Assembly: GCA_033442325.1 (NCBI GenBank)
Contig: JAWQFM010000011.1
Location: 455,131 to 519,130, forward strand
Direction of reading: 5' to 3'
Length of the DNA: 64,000 nucleotides
From: Salpingoeca rosetta
Lineage: Eukaryota; Protista; Choanoflagellata
Shown here one piece after another: positions 55,287 to 64,000 of this stretch. A program made the translations under genes and the position numbers. Position 1 is the stretch's first letter. The number at the start of each line of letters is the position of its first letter. Under the pieces are notes generated by a model. That model had not been told where the DNA came from, did no database searches, and saw only the letters and a program-made list of their open reading frames with translations.

Positions 55287-55996
55287 ACCGACGTCGAGGG
55301 AGAGAAAGCAAAGGTACAACCAAGCAAGCGTGGAGGCCACATGCACTCATATCAAAAAGCTCACCTGAAAGTTGGATGGCGGCGCGCGTGCGTGCACACT
55401 GCAGTGGCCTTGTGCTGTCTTCACATCACTTGTTTGAAGGGAGGCAATGTCGACGGCGTGTTCATCACATCGTGGGTGTCAAATCATAGAGCACTGTTCT
55501 CGTTGTTCAGGTCATCAACATCTTGATCGTCGGTTGCTTTGGTTGGTTGGTTGGTGCAAAGGAAAAAATGAAAGGTCGCACGAGTGCGTGTGGCCACGTG
55601 CACGCACGCACACACACAACAACAAGCACGCACAACAGTGGCGAGAGGAAAATTCACGTTCACGTTGCTAGAATATTGCCACGTATGCACTGCAGTTTAT
55701 GGTGTTGAATTTGGCAACAATGAGCAGCCGCCTCGACTGTCCTCCCCGGAACTCCTCAACGCCACCGAAGCGTGCCGTTGTGGGACACGCACACCCTTTG
55801 CTGGGAGCGGTTCCGCGCCCGCGCCTCTTCCCACACACACGCAGATTTTCCACAACCACAACCACCACACCGTGATTGCCTTCTTCCCCTTCCTCCCTTC
55901 ACCCCCCCAACAATCTTGATCAGCGGAACACCGAACCCTGCAGGTCATTTGTTTTGGAAGAGGAGAGCAACGTCCACTTTGCAGTCAACAACGACG

Positions 55997-56817
55997 ATGA
56001 CAACGACGCCACAGCGATGGACGGACGACTCCAGTGGCATCGTGTATGTGGAACGCCATCGCGATGACCAGTTTCAATACAGGTGTGCTTTGTGTGTGGG
56101 TTTGTGCGGGGGGCGGGCTGGGGGTTGTGTCCTGTTCATCGTTCCCTCATGTCTGGGATGCTATGCTGTTGGTTTTGGTCATATGCCAATGGTTGCTTTG
56201 TGTTGTGGCGTGGTGTGTGTTGTGATGGTGAAGCGCAACAATGCGCCCACACTCTTCAGCGTGTCCTTGTTTGTTCTTGAGCATGTGCAAGTGCAAAATG
56301 ACTTGATCTGTCGTTCCTGGCATGCAACCAACCAAGCTCCTCATTCGTCTTTGCGCGCACCGAACTTCACCGAACTCCTGCAACACATTCACACGCACAC
56401 ACACACACACACAACCACACCCATTTGCACATTCACATACATTCACATCCATTCGCACACGTACACGCCTACACATGCGCAAACGTTCACGCAAACGTTC
56501 CTCCTCTACCTCCTCTTTACACACGTTGACACGATTGCAGAACCGTCATCCTGCCTGGGGAGATGGGTCAGGGGTTGCCTTTGCATCGGGCTCTGACGGA
56601 GAAGGAGTGCCGTCGCCTCGGAATCCGGCAGAGTAAAGGGTGGACGCATTGCCTGATTCGAAAGAAGGACCCCAACTCCCTCTTGTTTCGCCGCAAGCTA
56701 GACCTGGGCGAAGACCCGCTCCCTTCATCCACCACCCCGAAGGAAACCTCGTCCGCATCATCGTCATCGTCAACATCAGCACAGGCCAAGAGCTCCGACA
56801 CGTGTCAGCCGCAATAG
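55997..56817 (+). CDS. CKS1: Divergent cyclin-dependent kinase regulatory subunit (CKS/Suc1 family); 2 exons (55997-56082, 56541-56817)
   Basis: Spliced product MTTTPQRWTDDSSGIVYVERHRDDQFQYR|TVILPGEMGQGLPLHRALTEKECRRLGIRQSKGWTHCLIRKKDPNSLLFRRKL... aligns without gaps to the CKS consensus [20 protein letters not shown]...[36 protein letters not shown]. Confidence 0.85.
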
Positions 56818-57718
56818 CCGCCTCTCTTCTCCGTGTGCGGAGCTTGGGTTGTGTGCCTGTGCATTGGATGCGTGTTGCGTGCGTTGTGCTTTCGATGAGT
56901 GTTACTGCTGAGGTACCCACTGGGGCTTGTTTGCGTTCACGTGCTTGCGTGGAAATGCTAGCCTCCCACTCGCGCTCTCCCTTCTTGTGCTGTTACTCGT
57001 CGAGTTTGGCGTCCTTGTCTGCGCGACCGCACGGCTTGTGCCTCTTCGCCCCTCCTCCCCCCTCTTTCCGCTACTTGCTAAGTAATGTAATCAATTCCCC
57101 CTCCTCGCGCGTCTTGACGTGATTTTGCTCGAAGCACAGGGCGAGCGACGTGAGAGACATGGAGAGGAGAGGTGGGAAGGAGAGGAAAGGAAGGAGAGGT
57201 GGGAGGAAGGGGGAAGGAACGGAAGGAGCGGGGTCATGTCAGTCATGTCACATCACACACATCATGAGAGAGACATCAAAACAGACAACCACACAACCCA
57301 AGCAGCTCCGCAGCAAAACAGCCAAGCCGAATAGTTGTTGAAGGTATTCGCAAATCTTCAACAACCCCTTGGCTGGTTTTCAAAATTTGGACGGCAGCCA
57401 GTGCGAGCGAGAACTTCACACCACACGACAACAAGCGAGCTTGGTTGTATCTTGCAGGGACTGCGACCTTCGTCTTTGCCACCACCGCCACCAACCACTG
57501 CAAGCCACTGCAGCTGATCGTCTCCATCTTCCTGTGGTTGGTGAAGGGATAGATAACCTGGTCCCCAAGAAAGGAGGCATCCGTGGCGCGCGCACTTTCA
57601 CGCATACACACACACACACAGACGATACACCACGCACACACAGACACACGAACGTTAAAGCTACGGCACAACCACACACGCACATTTTCATACACACACA
57701 CACACAGACAGAAAAAGG

Positions 57719-58262
57719 ATGAACGTGGATGTGTTTGAGGACCCGGTCCTGTGCCGGCACTTTCACGGCCACAAGCAAGATGTCACCAGCGTCGCCTTCA
57801 ACCCCAACATGAAACAGTTGGCTTCAGCAGGCCTGGATAACACCATCCTTGTCTGGGATCTCCAGCATCCCAAGGTGTGCAAATTCACTTCCGCTTCTGC
57901 GCAATGGGCTTGTGCTTGTGCACGCAGCTTTCCCTTGTTGCTGCCTTTGTTGACATCACGCAGAAGACACACATGCACGTTTGCTGACTTGCTGTCTCGC
58001 TTTACCACGCCCCACGCCCCACGCCTCTCACATCCCTGTGTGTTGCTGTGTTGAGAGCAGATTCGGGCGTGCAGGCTCAATGGGCACCAGGAAGGTGTGC
58101 TTTCGGTGGATTTCTCCAGCACGGGCCACCTGCTTGCCTCCGGCTCAAGAGATCGCACCGTGCGCTTCTGGGTTCCAAAGCACACATCGGTAGGATGACT
58201 GCAGGCACACGTACTCGTGCGTGTGTGCGTGTGTGTGTGTGCATGTGTGTGCGTGCGTGTGC

Positions 58263-58309
<47 letters not shown>

Positions 58310-59485
58310 CACCTGTTGCCGTGCTGCATGCATGATTCGCGATATGGGACAACATACAGCATGGCACTGTACGGCAAACACAACACCATGTACATCCTCG
58401 CGCTGTTTTGAGTTTCACTCTCGGTTTTCTGTGGGTGCTGCTGTGCCATCGTGCATGCAGGGCGAGTCGACGTGCATCAAAGTGCACAGCGGGAGCGTGC
58501 GCTCGGTGCAGTTTTCGCACGACTCCACGCAGCTGCTCACGTCCTCTGATGACAAGCTCGTCAAACTCCACGACGTCCACCGACACAAGTTCAAGGTCTC
58601 CTTCAAAGGTCAGGAATCATGAACCCGTTGCCATGTTGTGTGTGTATGTGTGTGTGCGCGTGTGCGTGTGTACATGTGTGTATGTGTGTGTATGTGTGTG
58701 TGCGTGTGTACATGTGTGTGTGTATGTGTGTGTGCGTGTGTGTATGTGTGTGCGTGTGTGTATGTGTGTGCACGCAGTCACGTGCACCTGTAGTGTGCTT
58801 CATGTTTGGGTGTTAGCCAAGCCCGTCAGCCCCCTTTTCCAAGCTGCTCACACCACAACGTCTGCGGATGACGGTTGCACCTCCCCAACAGGCCACACCA
58901 ACTGGGTGCGCAGCGCTCGCCTGTCCTCTGATGACCGCATGATTGTCTCTGGCAGCGATGATCGAACGGTATGGCAATGCACGACCAACTCCCGTGTTCC
59001 CCTCCTTCCCCACTCACTCTCAAGTTGCTTGCTTTTGCGTTTGCACCTGCGCGGTCTGTTTGCACCACGTGAAAGTCACCCCACGCTCATCCTATCCACA
59101 ACACACACACGCACACAACACACAACACACAACACACACATGCACACACACACACACACACAACGCAATGCACAACGCAATGCACAACAACACACAACGC
59201 AATGAACAACAACACACAACGCAATGCACAACAACAAACAACGCAATGAACAACAACACACACTGCAGGTGAAGCTGTGGGATGTTGATTCCCGGTCGCT
59301 GATCCACACGTTCCACGAGAGCGCAGCGGTGATCAACCAGGTGGACTTCCACCCAGACGGCACTTGCGTTGCTGCCGCGTGTGGTGATGGCACCATCAAG
59401 GTAACACGCGTTGCTCGCTTGCATTAGCACCATGGGCACACGCACACAGACACACAGACACAGACACACAGCCACAAAAACACAG

Positions 59486-59523
<38 letters not shown>

Positions 59524-59547
59524 AGACACACAGCCACAAAAACACAG

Positions 59548-59591
<44 letters not shown>

Positions 59592-61228
59592 CACACGCTT
59601 GACAAACTGCGACTGCTGTGGCTCTGTGGAATTTTACAACCGCTTACGCTCTAGTTCATGTTGCTGCTTCTGCTGCTTCTGCTATTTCCCTCTTTCCACA
59701 CAAAGTTGTGGGACACGCGCACAAACAAGCTGCTGCAGCATTACGCGCCGCATGACACAAGCGCCACCTCCCTCTCCTTCCATCCATCCGGAAACTTCCT
59801 CCTCACGGGCTCTGAAGATTCCACGCTCCGGGTACGCAGGACACGTACACATGTACACACACATGCACACACGATGTCTGCGCTACATTCACACGTGTTC
59901 AGCAATGCACCCTTTCCCGTCCTTCACCCAACCACGCTCACTCTTCTCGTCGCACCCATGTGTAATCCACCCCCACCCCTGCCCCCCCCCCCACACACGC
60001 ACGCACACACGCACACGCACACGCATACACACACACACACACACACATGGTGCAGATTCTGAACCTGCGTGAGGGCCACCTGTTCTACACGCTGCACGGG
60101 CAGAAGGGGGCGGTGACAGACGTGTGTTTCTCTGTTGACGGGCGCCAGTTTGCGTCCGGCGGCCGCGACCACGCTGTTCTGCTCTGGGACACCAAGTTTG
60201 ATGAGGCATTCAAGGCGGGCGCAGGGTCAGCGCCAGCACCAGCACCTGGCGTTGGCGGCGTGTACAACAGCACGTCCATCCACACCGCGGGCGCAAATGG
60301 CGCAACCCACCGCCACCGCCAGCGACACCAGTATCAGCAGCAGTACCAGAGCCAACAACAGCAGTACCAAGGACAGCAGCAACAGGAGCCACCGCGCGGG
60401 ACAGTTGTGCGGCGGTCACGCGAGCAGCAGATGCGTGCAAGCAAAGGAGGCAAAAGCAAGGGTGGGCAGAAGAAGGGTCAGCAGGCACAACAACAACGAC
60501 AGCAGCAGGAAGAGGGGCAGAGCCAGAAGCACAAGCAGAAGAAGCAGCGAAGGGAGCACGGGGACGTGCACAACGAGTGGAAGAGAAGACCCGGCCAGCC
60601 TGTCCAGTCTGTGAGCGCCACGACGCGCCACGCTCGGCCTGGCAAACCGGTGTCCTTCTCCCCGCATCGCACGTCAAGATCAGATGACAGCGGCCCCTCG
60701 CCTGCAGACCTAAATGCGTTTGGAACCGCAGGTGGGCGTGGCACCGGACACGTTGTCCGCTCCCCTGCGCAGGTGCGCGACATGATGGCTGGCGATGCCG
60801 ACATTGTGGACGTGGCGCCCGCCCTGTTTTACGACGATGGTTCACCAGGCGACAACGAGGGTCACGGGCGCAACGGGGGCCGAGCGGTGCCGCTGGAGCC
60901 GCTGAACATGCCTTACGCAACAGCGTCCACGCTGGAGCACATTGTGAACCAGTTGGACCTGCTCACCCAGACGGTGCACATCCTAGAGCGCCGCATGACC
61001 ATGGTGGAGAACATGGTGGCTACTCCTGCTGCACCGGCACGTACCCAGCCGTCTGCGGCGATGTCGGCTGGGTTGCCTGCAGGCACGGGCGGGTACGACG
61101 TGGAGATTGCACCCGTGTATCCAGGCATGCGCGCAGCTCAGCCACAGCAGCAGCAGCAGCCGGCACGTGGTGATGTTCCATCTGGGTTTCTTCAATCGTA
61201 TCCTCAGGCCGGCGGCTCAACACAACAA

Positions 61229-61269
<41 letters not shown>

Positions 61270-61542
61270 TTGGCAGAGGGAAAAGGAGAAGGAGAAGGTG
61301 GGCGTGTACGCGCGTGCCCCCGCGTATGCCGAGCTTGATCGGTACCCCTCTGCACTGGAAACCCAGCGGCTGCTGGGCGAACGGCGGGAGAATGGCGATG
61401 GTGGCGCGGGTCTGTTTGCGCAGGCACCGCCTTTGTCTGCTGCGTCCAGGCGGCAGTTTGACCACCTGTACATGCACGCACGCAGCAGCGATGATGGCGA
61501 TGGCGCCGCCACAACAGCAACACGCACCACCCGAGAACAGCA

Positions 61543-61578
<36 letters not shown>

Positions 61579-62278
61579 GCAACGTGTTGGTGGTGGGATG
61601 GGCAGCCCAAGTGCACCGCCGCTTGGTGGAGGCCGCGACTTTGGGTCAGCCCTGCTGCGTCCTTCAAGCTCGCGAGCAGCAACAGCGCCCACTCACGCAA
61701 TGGGCACGGCCACGGTACCTCCAGCAGCAGCAACGACGACGACAACGACAACTACAGCGGCGACCGTAGGTGATGCAGACACCAAGGGTACAGCGGGCGG
61801 CCTGTCGCAGGGGCGCGAGGTTCGCTTTGGCGAGGGCTTGCTGAGTGACAGCTTTGCCTTTGAATCACACGATCGCCTGCTGGGGCAGCTGAGTCGCCAC
61901 TACCGCCACGACGCCACGGGTCACGCACCGCCGTCATCGTCCTTATCAGCAACAGGCACAACAGGCACAAGTGGCACTGGTGGTCTTGGCGGGCTGTTGC
62001 GGACGGGGCAGGAGCCGTTGTTTGGCGGGCCGTCTGACTATGGCCGCGCACAGACATCCTCATCCCCTGCAAGCAAAGGCAGCCCTTCGCATGCGCATGT
62101 GCGTGGTGCTGCTGCCCTGAATCGAGCTGGTCCTGGTCGGGGTGCTGCTGGCGAGGATGGCGATGGTGATGATGACGACGACGATGACGACTACGCCAAT
62201 GTGGCGGGCTCACGCAACGGCAGCGGCTTTGTCGTTGATGATGGCGTTGGGGATGTCTCTGGCGTTGCCCGCAGGTGA
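57719..62278 (+). CDS. POC1: POC1 centriolar protein (7 WD40 repeats + Poc1 coiled coil) with long low-complexity C-terminal extension; 7 exons
   Basis: [114 protein letters not shown]; Poc1 motif [28 protein letters not shown] (60929-61012); stop 62278. Confidence 0.93.
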
Positions 62279-62812
62279 TATGTGTATGTCTGTGTGCGTG
62301 TGTGTGCATGGTGCGCGATGGAGTGCATGCATTGTGCATGCGTTGAGTGTGTACGCGCGCGTGTGTGTGCATAGAGTGCGTCACAAGTTTTGTTTCTTGT
62401 TTTTGTACTTTTGTCAAGTGGTCCAGACAGACCAGACCGCTTGACGTGTTGAGAACGATGATGGCTGGGGATATACCCCAGTTGCTGTTCCGTAGCGTGG
62501 TGCAGTGTTGCTTTCCCTTGTGCTGCGCGCAGTGTGTGCGTTTGATTTTGATAGCCGTGCAGGTCTTTTGTGTGTGTGTGTGTGTATTGCGTGTGTGTGG
62601 GTGTGTGTGGAGTCGTTGTATCAGAAAACGAGAGCTTGTGTATGAAAGTTTGAGGTGGGTGAGGTGGGTGGGTTGTATTTTTTTTTTCTTTTCTTTGCTG
62701 CTCCAATCAATGCAAGCATCACATAACACGCAGGGATAGGCAGACACACACACAGACACACTCACAGACACACAAACAGACACACACACACACACACAGA
62801 TACACAGACACA

Positions 62813-62848
<36 letters not shown>

Positions 62849-62852
62849 TACA

Positions 62853-63271
62853 CATGTCGAAAGGTCTTTCGGTGATTTTCGGCAATGAACGGGAAAGAGG
62901 AAACGGAGGCGGAGGAGAGGAAGGAGGACGAGAGCAAGAAGCATCAGCAGCACAGGCAGCAGGCGACGCACAGGCTGCTGCTACCCACAAGTGTTGACGA
63001 ACCACGGCAAGAGCAGCAACAAGAACAGCAGCAGGAGGAGGGCCAACGAGCACGCCGAGGGAGAAGGAGGAGGCCTTCACATCCACCTGGAGGTGAGGAA
63101 GGTCTTGGGATGGATGATGGTTGTGACATGTGACATTTTTGTATTTCAATGTGTTGGGGTTGTGACTGTGGTGCACCAGCAGCGTTCTCAGCAGCGTTCT
63201 CATGTCATATACACGCACCCATATGCGTGTGTGCATGTCTGTGCGTCTGTGTGCATTTGTGTGTGTGTGCA

Positions 63272-63307
<36 letters not shown>

Positions 63308-64000
63308 GGTCGTTGTGTCTTGCACACTTCAAGAGACACCACAAGTACGGCTTCCTCCCACCCCGACACCAAGCCCTGGAGCTCAGGTTGGTCTGGCTGG
63401 CACAGAAGCTGCGTTTCACTCCTCTCCAGCCAGTCATGCTGACACACTCAAACGCTCTCTGTTCAGCCCCTGATACCAGCACCCACGTCATGCACAGACG
63501 CGCAGACGCGTACAGTCTCAATCTTGCGCAGATGTACACTTGCAGCACACAACACACAGACACACAGACACACACAACACACACAGACACACACAGACAC
63601 ACACACATGCACAAACAGACACACACAGACACACACGTACACACACATACACACATACACACATACACACATACACACATACACAGGCCAACCCACGGCG
63701 GAAACGCTTGCCCAGTCCCGGATCGCTGTCTCGTATCTCTTCCCAGACTCCAAAGAACGCAGACCACCAGCAGCCACAGCCTCGCGCTCTCCCACAACCA
63801 CAGCGCAGGCGTAGTGCGGACACAGGCGCCCCTCGGAGCTTACCCCAGCCGGGAAAGGCAGCACCGTCTTCGAGACCAGCAACTCGCCAGTTGCCTCTGC
63901 CCAGTCAGTCTTCAACCCCACCCGCGAGTCCAGCACGTTCGCGCCACGTGTCCGATAGCGACGCACAACGCACAACGGCACCACAGCAGAGGCAGCCTGC
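62853..64000 (-). CDS. Hypothetical protein, 3' portion (gene enters from the right edge)
   Basis: Putative phase-0 exons 64000-63685 (..SKTVLPFPAG...AVGWP), 63438-63328 (HDWLERSETQLL...VVSLE) and from 63086 (VDVKASSFSLGVLVG...), separated by microsatellite-filled GT-AG introns. No family recognised and the 3' end is unresolved. Confidence 0.4.

Noticed and set aside
55700-57390. RFX half-site TGGCAAC (55712) and CHR-like TTCAAA (57379)
   Set aside because: Single 6-7 bp matches are expected by chance, and there is no TSS information.

Overview
Intron-rich eukaryotic genomic DNA, not prokaryotic. Short GT-AG introns are filled with (GT)n/(CA)n microsatellites. This style and the gene content resemble a choanoflagellate such as Salpingoeca rosetta (inference, not verified). 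Most entries in the ORF track (CVCV..., HTHT...) are microsatellite artefacts. Splicing exons by hand gives about 13 genes in order: CCDC177-like (-, partial, missing from the ORF track), a 735-N gap, GH3 beta-xylosidase-like (+, 5' end missing), DHX37 helicase (-), a very large MORN + class-3 lipase + P-loop GTPase protein (+), an Rkm1/Efm1-like SET protein (+), a trefoil + GH15 glucoamylase + TM protein (+), gephyrin (-), a Rab32/38/29-family GTPase (+), RAD21 (-), a MARK/AMPK-related kinase (+), a divergent CKS (+), POC1 (+) and a partial unknown gene (-). The strongest leads are the MORN-lipase-GTPase fusion, the membrane-anchored trefoil-GH15 enzyme, the CKS with an altered CDK-binding hinge, and a possible splicing role for complementary GT/CA tracts. 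I found no tRNA, rRNA, CRISPR array or transposon. All family calls come from motif recognition by eye, not database searches.
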